Made by a program: the position numbers and the translations under genes. From Aulosira sp. ZfuVER01 (GTDB taxonomy: Bacteria > Cyanobacteriota > Cyanobacteriia > Cyanobacteriales > Nostocaceae): a stretch of 64,000 bases of DNA. Positions 11,598-20,875 of the stretch are shown here, in pieces (position 1 is the first letter of the stretch; every line of letters starts with the position of its first letter). The notes under the pieces were generated by a model that saw nothing but the letters and a program-made list of their open reading frames with translations, searched no databases and was not told the DNA's origin. The DNA lies in NCBI GenBank assembly GCA_034530615.2, contig JAVRCV020000036.1:32001-96000 (forward strand), written 5' to 3'.

Positions 11598-12233
11598 ATG
11601 CCAGTTATTGCGGTCATAGACTACGATATGGGAAATTTGCATTCAGTTTGTAAAGGCTTGGAAAAAGCTGGAGCAATTCCTAAAATCACTCATTCTTTCA
11701 AGGAAATAGAAAAAGCAGATGCAGTAGTTTTGCCCGGAGTCGGAGCCTTTGATCCAGCTGTGCAACACCTGCGAGCGCGCGGTTTAGAGCAACCGATTAA
11801 AGACACGATCGCATCTGGTAAACCGTTCTTAGGTATCTGCTTGGGATTGCAAATTCTCTTTGAATCGAGTGCTGAAGGTACGCAACCAGGACTGGGAATT
11901 GTGAAGGGAAAAGTTAAACGGTTCATTCCCGAACCAGATATCACTATTCCGCACATGGGTTGGAATCAGCTGGAAATAACTCAGCCAAAAAGTATTATGT
12001 GGGAGCATTTACCATCCAACCCTTGGGTGTATTTTGTCCATTCCTATTATGTTGAACCAACCGACCCGCAAATTCGGGCTGCAACTGTTACCCACGGTAC
12101 TCAAACTGTCACAGCTGCGATCGCACTTGAAAACCTGATGGCGGTTCAATTTCACCCCGAAAAATCATCAAATATCGGATTGCAAATCTTGTCTAATTTT
12201 GTTGCGCAAGTACGGGAGAAAGTTGCGGCATAA
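11598..12233 (+). CDS. hisH: Imidazole glycerol phosphate synthase glutamine amidotransferase subunit
   Basis: IDYDMGNLHSV, PGVGAF, GICLGLQ, PHMGWN, YFVHSY, QFHPEKS. Confidence 0.97.
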   Translation: MPVIAVIDYDMGNLHSVCKGLEKAGAIPKITHSFKEIEKADAVVLPGVGAFDPAVQHLRARGLEQPIKDTIASGKPFLGICLGLQILFESSAEGTQPGLGIVKGKVKRFIPEPDITIPHMGWNQLEITQPKSIMWEHLPSNPWVYFVHSYYVEPTDPQIRAATVTHGTQTVTAAIALENLMAVQFHPEKSSNIGLQILSNFVAQVREKVAA

Positions 12234-12357
12234 TTAAATTTAAATTTCTTGATTTGTCATTTGTTCTTTGTCATTTGTCTTTTGTGATTTGTCATTTGCC
12301 CTAAACTAATGACTAAATAACAATGACCCTTGACCAATAACCAGTGGCTAATAACCA

Positions 12358-12903
12358 ATGAGTCTGAGAATTTACGGCAATCGCCAGTTAAAAACTATAC
12401 CTGGTAAAGACACCAGACCCACTAGTGCGCGCGTACGTGAGGCAGTCTTTAATATTTGGCAGGGAAAAATTCCAGGTTGTCGCTGGCTAGATTTGTGCGC
12501 TGGTACTGGTTCAATGGGAGCAGAGGCTTTGTGTAGAGGAGCCAGCTTTGTAGTAGGTATTGAACAATCGAGCCGCACCTGTAACATTATTCAAGAAAAT
12601 TGGCAGCGAGTAGCTCATGCTGACCAAGAATGGAAAATATTGCGGGGAGATGTACTCCAGCAGTTAAAAACCCTATCAGGCAAACAATTTGACAGAATTT
12701 ATCTCGATCCACCTTATGCTAGTGGATTGTATCAGCCAGTATTAGAAGCGATCGCTCGCTATCAGCTTTTAGATTCTGACGGTGAAATAGCAGCTGAACA
12801 CAGTTCCCAAGATTGGACACCCCCAGTAATTCCCAACTGGGAAATTTGTCGAGAGAAAGTTTACGGTAACACCTCTCTGACTTTCTACAGAAATGTTGAA
12901 TGA
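12358..12903 (+). CDS. rsmD: 16S rRNA m2G966 methyltransferase
   Basis: TRPTSARVREAVFN, LDLCAGTGSMGAEALCRGA, YLDPPY. Confidence 0.93.
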   Translation: MSLRIYGNRQLKTIPGKDTRPTSARVREAVFNIWQGKIPGCRWLDLCAGTGSMGAEALCRGASFVVGIEQSSRTCNIIQENWQRVAHADQEWKILRGDVLQQLKTLSGKQFDRIYLDPPYASGLYQPVLEAIARYQLLDSDGEIAAEHSSQDWTPPVIPNWEICREKVYGNTSLTFYRNVE

Positions 12904-12983
12904 GGAACAGGGGGCAAGGGAGAGAGGGAGACAAGGGAGAATAATTGTTATGTTACTTTCTCATCTCCACTCTCTCAGGACTC

Positions 12984-13334
12984 CTACGGTGTACACACAA
13001 GTCTTTTGGAGTTGCTCCACAGGCTTTTTATCCCCCCAACCCCCCCTTCAAAAGCAGGGCCGTTTCATTCGTAATGGTATGTATTTTGTCAATACGATTG
13101 GCGATAAATATCAGGGCAAAAGTCATAAATCGATGACCATTTTGATGCCTAATATTGAATGCCAAGCTTATTTTTCATCTCCTGAACCCTTGCATTTTCA
13201 GGCCTTTTAGGGAATGAAACAGCCCTGCCCTTAAAAAGGGGGGCAAAAACCTCTTAAAGTCCCCCTTTTTAAGGGGGATTTAGGGGGATCTAAGCACATT
13301 TTGCATCTAGCACCGAGATCTGTGTACACCGTAG
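12984..13334. mobile_element. Non-autonomous MITE (outer element), 14-bp TIR CTACGGTGTACACA, 10-bp flanking direct repeat CTCAGGACTC
   Basis: TIRs at 12984-12997 and 13321-13334; CTCAGGACTC at 12974-12983 and 13335-13344. Confidence 0.85.
13055..13227. mobile_element. Nested inner MITE, 16-bp TIR CAGGGCYGTTTCATTC (ISAs1-like ends)
   Basis: CAGGGCCGTTTCATTC at 13055-13070 and GAATGAAACAGCCCTG at 13212-13227 (15/16 match); flanks CCCTTCAAAAG / CCCTTAAAAAG. Confidence 0.8.
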
Positions 13335-13366
13335 CTCAGGACTCAGGACTCAGGACTCAGGACTCT

Positions 13367-13480
13367 TCAGCCTCCCAGCTGGTTGGGGCGCTTATATTGC
13401 TTATAGGCAGCGTAAAACAGGCCAGACAGAGTAACCACAATCAAACCAAGCACAATACCTGAGAGTAGGGGTTCAACCAC
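13367..13480 (-). CDS. petG: Cytochrome b6-f complex subunit V
   Basis: Not in ORF track; manual translation [37 protein letters not shown] from GTG, with GAGGAG RBS. Confidence 0.97.
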   Translation of the reverse strand: MVEPLLSGIVLGLIVVTLSGLFYAAYKQYKRPNQLGG

Positions 13481-13688
13481 CGTAAATCTCCTCTTTGCAT
13501 TTATTAAAGATTCGTTTCCCGTTTTTGATTTTACCAAATTGCGGATGAATGCCGCTTCCTACACCGTTTTAGATAATGATTGCCGACAAGAAAATCATCT
13601 TTTGTGCTTGCAGACAGAATCAAGAACTTTTAAGCTATGTGTAGGAAATGAAAAACTTTTAGCACACTCGACTTTAACTACAAACCCT

Positions 13689-14063
13689 TTGGATAACCAG
13701 ATTACCAAACCTGAAACTATAATTCAGCGGATCGCTTTGCTGGCTCTGGCCACTCTGCTAGCAATCCCTTTGGGCATTTTTGGTGTTCAAATGGTTCGAG
13801 CATCCGATCCCTATGTCAAGAGTGTTCTCTCACTCACAGGCAATCCTATGCAAGGAAACGCTATCTTTCAAATTAATTGTGCTGGTTGTCATGGCTGGCA
13901 AGCAGATGGGCGAGTAGGCCCCAGTTTGCAAGGAGTTTCCAAACATAAATCCCGGTATGGGCTGATTCGCCAAGTGATTAGTGGAGAAACGCCTCCAATG
14001 CCCAAGTTCCAACCTAGCGCCCAAGAGATGGCCGATCTTTTGAGCTATTTAGAGTCTTTGTAG
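13689..14063 (+). CDS. cytM: Cytochrome cM
   Basis: N-terminal TM, CAGCH heme motif, VGPSL, TPPMPKF; divergent from petG; start placed at TTG (MDNQITKPE). Confidence 0.9.
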   Translation: MDNQITKPETIIQRIALLALATLLAIPLGIFGVQMVRASDPYVKSVLSLTGNPMQGNAIFQINCAGCHGWQADGRVGPSLQGVSKHKSRYGLIRQVISGETPPMPKFQPSAQEMADLLSYLESL

Positions 14064-14071
14064 GGGAAACT

Positions 14072-14235
14072 TCACAAAACACAAGAGCGTTTGATCAGTT
14101 GAGCGATCGCTTCAACCAGCAAATCAAAATCAATTGGTTTAATAAAAAAAGCTTGAGCGTCTGCTTGCATTGCTTGTTGTCGTGTAGAGCTACGAGCATC
14201 AGCCGAACAAATAATCAGGGGTATTGACGGATCGG
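14072..14235 (-). pseudogene. C-terminal fragment of a response-regulator receiver domain
   Basis: Manual translation ...SIPLIICSADARSSTRQQAMQADAQAFFIKPIDFDLLVEAIAQLIKRSCVL*; in-frame stop upstream, no start codon or phospho-Asp region. Confidence 0.7.
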
Positions 14236-14627
14236 AGGCGTTAGATAGATATCTTGTAAAGAAGATGGAGATATAAGGTCATTGACATCTGCGTGTGAGT
14301 AGTTTATCTAAACGAGTATTGTGCCCATCTAATTACCTCAGTATTATCTTTGTGGAAACTTCATAATAAGCAGCATATTTTTGAAATTACAATTATCTTG
14401 GGTATACCAGAGGCAGCAACTGATACCAATTTTGGCTTTTAGATTAACAGTCTTTACCAAAGGTTGTTTCAAAACGCTAAAACAGTACTATCTAACCAAA
14501 GTTGTGATGAATACTCACCTCTGAGTTTGCTATGGCATATTTGCTGTGCAAGCTAGCTAATCAGCGTCAATAACAAATGAGTGTCAAATCCAACAGAGCA
14601 TATATATTTTTATATACTTAACAGCTA

Positions 14628-15365
14628 ATGACTGAAATGCTAAGAATTGGTAATCGTACAATCACGGCTGATGAATTGATTCCCTTGCTGGCAGGCTACC
14701 AAATGCTGCCACAGTTGCGACGAGAATTAATTATTGATGAAGCGATCGCATCCATAGACTGTACCCCAGAAGAAGTAACACAGGCTCAACAGCAATTTTT
14801 CGCTGAGAGACAGTTAGCATCAGAAGCTGATGTCAAAGCCTGGATGGAATTTCTCGGTCTCAGCGTCAATCAACTAGAAGCACTGACTGTGCGGAAGCTG
14901 AAAGTTGAAAAATTTAAGCAAGTCACTTGGGGTAAAAAACTCGAATCTTATTTTTTTCAGTCTAAAGCCAAACTGGACAAAGTAATTTATTCTCTGCTAC
15001 GCACCCAAGATATAGGAATAGCCCAAGAACTATACTTCCGCATTCAAGCCAAAGAACAGTCCTTTGCAGAAGTAGCGCGGGAATATTCAAAAGGCCCAGA
15101 AGCACAAACAGGGGGTTTAGTTGGCCCCATTGAACTCAACCAACTTCATCCAGCAATGGCGCAATTACTGGCTAATACTCAACCAGGTCAAGTTTTACCG
15201 CCGACTCGTATTGCTGAATGGTTTGTGATTGTGCAGTTAGAGAAATTTATCCCTGCACAACTAGATGAAGCCATGAAAGTGCGCCTTTTGAATGAATTGT
15301 TTGAAGGTTGGATACAAGAACAGCAAAGACAAATGATGACTCCGGCTGCTTCTGTCAGCAGTTAG
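14628..15365 (+). CDS. PpiC/parvulin-type peptidyl-prolyl isomerase (rotamase)
   Basis: VIYSLLR, AQELYFRI, FAEVAREYSKGPEAQTGGLVGP. Confidence 0.88.
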   Translation: MTEMLRIGNRTITADELIPLLAGYQMLPQLRRELIIDEAIASIDCTPEEVTQAQQQFFAERQLASEADVKAWMEFLGLSVNQLEALTVRKLKVEKFKQVTWGKKLESYFFQSKAKLDKVIYSLLRTQDIGIAQELYFRIQAKEQSFAEVAREYSKGPEAQTGGLVGPIELNQLHPAMAQLLANTQPGQVLPPTRIAEWFVIVQLEKFIPAQLDEAMKVRLLNELFEGWIQEQQRQMMTPAASVSS

Positions 15366-15544
15366 TGTACCTGAAGAGACAAGGAGGAAAAATCAGGGGA
15401 ACAGGGGAACCAGCGCGGTCTTGGGGGCGAACCTTCACCTCCTGCCTCCTGTCCTCTGCCTTTCTTGGTCAACAAAAAAAATCCTCGACCTTTTCAAAAA
15501 ATCGAGGATGTAAATAACACAAGATTTCCTTTCTTAATTACGAA

Positions 15545-16852
15545 TTACCTAATCTCTTCCAAATCCACCCACTCATCATAAGAAGAGTCGTAATCTAGGT
15601 AATGCACATAGTATTGCTGACCTTGAATTTTCTCAATCTTTGCAGAATACCAATCTTCGTTATCTTCATCCCAAACTTTGATTTTTTGGCTAACTGCAAA
15701 TCCATTGCTATCAGATGCGCCATGTTCGCGAATCCGAATCTCATCTTCGCCTACCCATTCGTTGTAGGATGAACCGTAGCCCAGGTAATGCACAAAGAAT
15801 TGGTCATTTTCGACTTTCTCAATTGTGGCTTGATACCAATCTTCTTCGTCACCATCCCAGACTTCTACTGTTTTGCTGACTGCATACTGGCTGGTATCTG
15901 ATTTCGCCGCCGATGAGGTATCTTGGCGCGACTGTGGCGCATCTTGGGGAGTTTCGGCTTTAACTAAAGAATGCGATCGCAAAATCAAAGTACGAGCTAC
16001 GGTTTGAATTCCTGTATGTTCGTAGTAATTGGTAGTTTGATCCAAAAATGCAGCAACAAAATCTAAATTATCATCAGCAATCTGGATAAAATTACCTAAA
16101 TGGCTAGAAATAGATTGCGGTGTTAAACCTGTCTTGGCTACTAAGTTATTCATCCAGCCTTGCACGGAGTTAAAAGCTTGAGTAATAAAGCCAAATTTCT
16201 CACCAGGGTTATTACCTGGTAAAGAGTTGTTAACTGCTAAGAAAACAGGATTTTGCGCTACTACGCTGCTGGCATCTGCACCACTAATAATGCTATGAAT
16301 CTTGCTGAGGAAGTCGGGGCCTAAAGGTAGCATTCCATCTAGACAAACTAAAGCTACCATCCGCGTTAAGGATGCATCTTTATAGTTTTCTGCTAAAGAA
16401 GTAGCAAATGCTTGAGGATTTGGGCTAGGAATACCATTTAGTTTAGAAAAGGCGATAATTTCGACAGCAATTTTTAAGACTAAATCTATAGTTTGAGTTA
16501 CATCTGCTTTGGGAGTGATATTACTTAAAAAAGAGAGAAACCCGATTTTTTCACCTACTTTATTAGCTAAAGCTGCTGTAGCCATAGCCGTATCAGCTTT
16601 ATCGATAGTTTGATAAAGTTTGATTGCAGTTTGGTAGCCATTTTGCGGATCGTTATACAAAGAAACAGCGTGATCGCGAATTTTCTGAATTACATTGGCA
16701 TCAGTCTCACCAGTAATTGCACGGATACTATTGTCAAACCCCACCATGTTGTTCCACTCGCCTGGGGCAACGTAATCAAGAGCTTTTAAAACCTTGACAG
16801 TAATATTGTCATTTGGTAATTCGTCAACCAACTGAATAATTGACTTATCCAT
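15545..16852 (-). CDS. Conserved cyanobacterial protein with two C-terminal Tudor/Agenet (Tudor-knot-like) domains
   Basis: Two similar ~50-aa units: V(E/K)VWD..EDWY.A.IEK....(F/Y)VHYL.Y.SSY.EWV...EIR. Confidence 0.75.
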   Translation of the reverse strand: MDKSIIQLVDELPNDNITVKVLKALDYVAPGEWNNMVGFDNSIRAITGETDANVIQKIRDHAVSLYNDPQNGYQTAIKLYQTIDKADTAMATAALANKVGEKIGFLSFLSNITPKADVTQTIDLVLKIAVEIIAFSKLNGIPSPNPQAFATSLAENYKDASLTRMVALVCLDGMLPLGPDFLSKIHSIISGADASSVVAQNPVFLAVNNSLPGNNPGEKFGFITQAFNSVQGWMNNLVAKTGLTPQSISSHLGNFIQIADDNLDFVAAFLDQTTNYYEHTGIQTVARTLILRSHSLVKAETPQDAPQSRQDTSSAAKSDTSQYAVSKTVEVWDGDEEDWYQATIEKVENDQFFVHYLGYGSSYNEWVGEDEIRIREHGASDSNGFAVSQKIKVWDEDNEDWYSAKIEKIQGQQYYVHYLDYDSSYDEWVDLEEIR

Positions 16853-16950
16853 CAATCAATTCCTCGCAACTCAAAGGTATAGTATTAAATTATACTCAAT
16901 CATTTTGAGTTGTCGATTGCTTATTCAGAGCTAAAGTCCAGACAAGAGAA

Positions 16951-18462
16951 TCATCTCAATTTCTCTAACAAAGCTTCTGTTTGCTGCATCTTCACTAAAG
17001 TATTGGCACATAAAATACCAGATGCAGCTACCGCAGGTACACCAATTCCTGGCATGGTACTATCACCGACGCGATATAAACCTTGTATGGGTGTGTGTGT
17101 ACTGGGGAACATTCCCTTATCTGCGGCTATTGCTGGGCCATAGGTTCCTTGATACCTGCGCAGATAATGAGCATGAGTTAAGGGTGTACCAATTAGTTCC
17201 ACTACCACACGCTCGCGGATATCGGGGATAATCTTCTCTAAGGCGCGATATAAAGTTTGGGCTTTTTGCTGTTTCTTTTCTGCATACTCCTGATTTCTTT
17301 CCCATCCAATGTAAGGTTCGAGAGTGTAAGCATGAACTACATGATGTCCTTGGGGCGCAAGTGTTGCATCCCATACAGTGGGAATTGAAATCATACAGGT
17401 ATTTCCGGGTGTGGCGATATCTTGCTGCGAATCGTGGACTACTACATGATGTCCGGTTAAATTTTCCAACCCATCAGCGCGGATACCTAAATGTAAATGC
17501 ATGAAACTTGGAACGGCTGGAGTTTCTAAAACTGCTTGGCGGTAAGTGACAGGTAAATCTTTGGGACTTAACAAATGATTGTAGGTATCCCAGATACTCG
17601 CATTGGAAATGACAATCGGTGCGTGGAGAATTTCGCCGTTTTTTAGCTTTACACCCACGACTTTGCCAGATTCCACCAAGATTTGCTCAACGTGACATCC
17701 TAAACGCAACTTTCCACCCCAGCGTTCTAAACCCCTGACTAAAGCCTGAACAATTGCGCCACTCCCGCCTACAGGATACTCAACTCCAGCACGGGAACGT
17801 TCGCCCAACATAAAAGCGACTTCGGGTGCAATTGTCCCCTGTGCTTTTAAACCGGAGAGTAAGAAGCATTCTAAATCAATGAGTCGCCGCACCCAAGGAT
17901 CTTGTACTGTTGCATCCATCACATTACCAACTGAACTTTGCACCAGTGGCAAATAGGGCAACATTTTCACTAAAGAAGGGAGGTAACTTTTAAGTAATGT
18001 TAAAATTACCTGCCAATCTGCTCGCAACGCTAGGGTAGGAATATCCCGCATCGCTCCATACAACCCTAACAAGCGTTCTATAAAGCGTTGGAGTTCTTTT
18101 GCACCTTGCGGCGTAATTCTCTCTACCTCATGCCGATAACGCTCTGCATCCTTGTAGACTGCAATAGTGCCTTCAGGAAAATGGTAGTGTCCTAAAGGAT
18201 CATAAGGTATAACTTGAATGGATTCACCAAGCACATCCAAAACTTGTTTTACCGGATTCAAGCTTTGGGCATCAGTCAAACCACAGTAGAAAGAAGGGCC
18301 AGAATCAAATTCAAATCCTCGTCGTCTAAAACTATGAGCCGCACCCCCAGGAATTACATGACTTTCGCAGACGATCGCTCGCTTGCCATAATAAGCAAGT
18401 AATCCCGCAGCACACAACCCCCCGATACCGCTACCAATTACTATGACATCACTATCTTGCAT
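16951..18462 (-). CDS. FAD-dependent carotenoid isomerase / phytoene desaturase family oxidoreductase
   Basis: VIVIGSGIGG FAD motif, FDSGPS, GTPLTH, GDSTMPGIGVPAVAASG; start moved to MQDSD (upstream part of the ORF runs through repeats). Confidence 0.88.
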   Translation of the reverse strand: MQDSDVIVIGSGIGGLCAAGLLAYYGKRAIVCESHVIPGGAAHSFRRRGFEFDSGPSFYCGLTDAQSLNPVKQVLDVLGESIQVIPYDPLGHYHFPEGTIAVYKDAERYRHEVERITPQGAKELQRFIERLLGLYGAMRDIPTLALRADWQVILTLLKSYLPSLVKMLPYLPLVQSSVGNVMDATVQDPWVRRLIDLECFLLSGLKAQGTIAPEVAFMLGERSRAGVEYPVGGSGAIVQALVRGLERWGGKLRLGCHVEQILVESGKVVGVKLKNGEILHAPIVISNASIWDTYNHLLSPKDLPVTYRQAVLETPAVPSFMHLHLGIRADGLENLTGHHVVVHDSQQDIATPGNTCMISIPTVWDATLAPQGHHVVHAYTLEPYIGWERNQEYAEKKQQKAQTLYRALEKIIPDIRERVVVELIGTPLTHAHYLRRYQGTYGPAIAADKGMFPSTHTPIQGLYRVGDSTMPGIGVPAVAASGILCANTLVKMQQTEALLEKLR

Positions 18463-18464
18463 TT

Positions 18465-18600
18465 TTGCCCTTCGTCCTTTGTCAGTTGTCCTTTGTCTAA
18501 AACCCATGACCCTTCGGGTTCGCAGTTGCTCATGGGGGAAACCCCCAAGACCGCACTGACTCACCAATGACCAATGACTAATCACCCATGACAAATGAAC
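18465..18600. repeat. STRR heptamers flanking a short dispersed palindromic repeat (TGGGGGAAACCCCCAAGACCGCACTG)
   Basis: Hairpin visible; reverse-complement fragment CAGCGCGGTCTTGGGGG at about 15412-15428. Confidence 0.7.
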
Positions 18601-19373
18601 CATTAATTGAATTAAAAGGCGTGTCTAAGTCCTTTGGTAGTAATAAGGTTTTAGATAATATAGATTTGACCATTTATCGGGGAGAAGCACTAGGAATTAT
18701 TGGGCCTTCTGGGACTGGTAAATCTACAATTCTACGAGTAGTTGCGGGATTGCTGCTTCCTGATGAAGGCGAAATTTATCTAGAAGGGGTGCGGCGCAAC
18801 GGTTTAATTGAAGATGCGGCTGATAATGTTGGAATTGGGATGGTGTTTCAGCAAGCGGCGTTATTTGATTCGTTAACAGTAGAAGAGAATGTAGGGTTTT
18901 TACTGTATCAAAATTCCAAAATACCGCGATCGCGCATTCGCGACATGGTTCATACCAAATTAGAGATGGTAGGTTTGCCTGGAATCGGAGATCTATACCC
19001 ATCTGAACTTTCTGGCGGTATGCGTAAACGAGTCAGTTTTGCTCGTGCGATTATGTCTAACCCCGAAAGCGACCATGAGGGGCCAGAACTTTTACTGTAC
19101 GATGAACCGACTGCCGGACTAGATCCGATTGCTTCCACAGTCATCGAAGATTTAATTCGCCATTTGCAACGGGCACAAGGAGTTTGTAGTACTTACGCCA
19201 TTGTGACTCATCAAGACAGTACCATTCGTCGTACTGCGGACAGAGTTATATTTCTGTACCAGGGTAGAGTACAGTGGCAGGGTACAGTGAGTGAAATAGA
19301 TAGCACAGACCATCCATTGATTAGACAATTCATGAGTGGCAGTGTGCAAGGGCCGATTCAGGTCGTTGGGTAA
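18588..19373 (+). CDS. MlaF/TGD3-type lipid ABC transporter ATP-binding protein
   Basis: GPSGTGKS, LSGGMRKRV, YDEPTAGLDP, VTH. Confidence 0.92.
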   Translation: MTNEPLIELKGVSKSFGSNKVLDNIDLTIYRGEALGIIGPSGTGKSTILRVVAGLLLPDEGEIYLEGVRRNGLIEDAADNVGIGMVFQQAALFDSLTVEENVGFLLYQNSKIPRSRIRDMVHTKLEMVGLPGIGDLYPSELSGGMRKRVSFARAIMSNPESDHEGPELLLYDEPTAGLDPIASTVIEDLIRHLQRAQGVCSTYAIVTHQDSTIRRTADRVIFLYQGRVQWQGTVSEIDSTDHPLIRQFMSGSVQGPIQVVG

Positions 19374-19389
19374 TGGATGGAGGAATAAT

Positions 19390-20817
19390 ATGCGATCGCG
19401 TACAGTGAGAGAAGGTTCTGTCGGGCTGTTAGTCCTTATGGGGCTGGGAGTCTTTGGGCTAATAGTCGTGTGGTTGAATCGAGTTAGTGCTAGTCGCAGT
19501 TCATACAAGGCTATTGTGGAATTTGCTAACGCTGGCGGGATGCAAAAAGGTTCAACAGTCCGCTACCGAGGCGTGAAAGTGGGCAATATTTCTGCCATTC
19601 GACCAATGCCCAATAATATCGAAGTAGAAATTGAAATTTTCCAACCCGATTTAATCATTCCTAAAGATGTGGTGGTAGAAGCCAATCAGAGTGGATTGAT
19701 TAGCGAAAGTATTGTAGACATTACACCAAAAGCTTCTTTCCCTCCTGGGACTGTCGCCGCTAAACCCCTAGATAAAGATTGCGATCCCAACCTGATTATA
19801 TGTAATGGCGCTCGGTTAAAAGGTCAAATTGGTATCAGTCTTGATGAACTTATTCGCAGCACAACTGAGTTAGCTACTGTATACAATGACCCCAAATTCT
19901 ATCGTAATGTTAACAGGCTACTAGAATCCTCCACAGCAGCGGCGACTAGTTTTGCTTCTCTGAGTCGGGATCTTCAAAGTTTAACCAAAAGTGCCAAAGG
20001 TCAACTCAACACATTTTCTTCTACCGCAACTTCCGTACAACAAGCAACAACTCAACTTACTGCAACTTCTACTCGTACAGCTAATGAACTTGGCTCGGCA
20101 GCAAAACAATTTAGTATAACTGCAACTCAAGCAAGTCGGTTGTTAACTAACCTTGATAACCTAGTCACATCAAATCGTTCGACCTTAGTTGGTGCTTTAA
20201 ACAATCTCACCGAAACCAGCAACCAATTACGTACTACATTCACTAGCTTATCGCCTGCTGTCAATCGCTTAACTCAAGGAGAGGTCATCAAAAATTTAGA
20301 AACTCTGTCAGCGAATGCAGCACAAGCATCAGCAAATTTACGCAATGCTACTAACTCTTTAAACGATCCCAAAAATGCAGTGTTACTGCAACAAACCTTA
20401 GATTCCGCAAGACTTACATTTGAAAACACGCAAAAAATTACCTCAGATTTAGATGAATTGACAGGCGATCCTAAATTCCGCAGTAATCTGCGTCAATTGG
20501 TGAATGGCCTGAGTAATTTGGTGTCTTCTACCCAACAAATGGAGCAGCAAGCAAAGGTTGCAGTTACCCTAGATGCCCTCAAAGCATCTATTAATAAACC
20601 AGATGCAGTACTTCCCACCCCAGCCATCAAGCAACAGACGGTAACGATTAATTCCTTACCCACTGCTTTGAAATCCCTGGAGAAAAACCCCCAGACAACT
20701 TTCACTTTATCCACCCCACAACCATCTTCCCAAGAGTTATTGCAGCGACTGCGGCAGTATAGTAAAGAACGAGAGCAGGAGAAGATAGCGGACAAGGAGG
20801 AGAAGGGGGAAAAGTGA
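19390..20817 (+). CDS. MlaD/MCE (TGD2-like) lipid transport protein
   Basis: REGSVGL + TM, VRYRGVKVG, QSGLISE, long helical region; start at ATG 19390. Confidence 0.9.
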   Translation: MRSRTVREGSVGLLVLMGLGVFGLIVVWLNRVSASRSSYKAIVEFANAGGMQKGSTVRYRGVKVGNISAIRPMPNNIEVEIEIFQPDLIIPKDVVVEANQSGLISESIVDITPKASFPPGTVAAKPLDKDCDPNLIICNGARLKGQIGISLDELIRSTTELATVYNDPKFYRNVNRLLESSTAAATSFASLSRDLQSLTKSAKGQLNTFSSTATSVQQATTQLTATSTRTANELGSAAKQFSITATQASRLLTNLDNLVTSNRSTLVGALNNLTETSNQLRTTFTSLSPAVNRLTQGEVIKNLETLSANAAQASANLRNATNSLNDPKNAVLLQQTLDSARLTFENTQKITSDLDELTGDPKFRSNLRQLVNGLSNLVSSTQQMEQQAKVAVTLDALKASINKPDAVLPTPAIKQQTVTINSLPTALKSLEKNPQTTFTLSTPQPSSQELLQRLRQYSKEREQEKIADKEEKGEK

Positions 20818-20875
20818 CGCGGTGACGCGGAGAATGAGCATTGACTGTTGACTATTGACGATTGACTATTGACCA

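Noticed and set aside
12893..13210. 105-aa and 63-aa ORFs after rsmD
   Set aside because: They run through the nested MITEs and repeats and show no protein motifs
18463..18603. N-terminal extensions in the ORF track (also 26875-26991, 28367-28498, 13539-13688)
   Set aside because: Extensions mostly translate STRR or dispersed repeats or intergenic DNA; downstream starts fit the family N-termini
18588..20817. mlaF-mlaD without an adjacent mlaE permease
   Set aside because: The permease is commonly encoded elsewhere in cyanobacteria; not unusual
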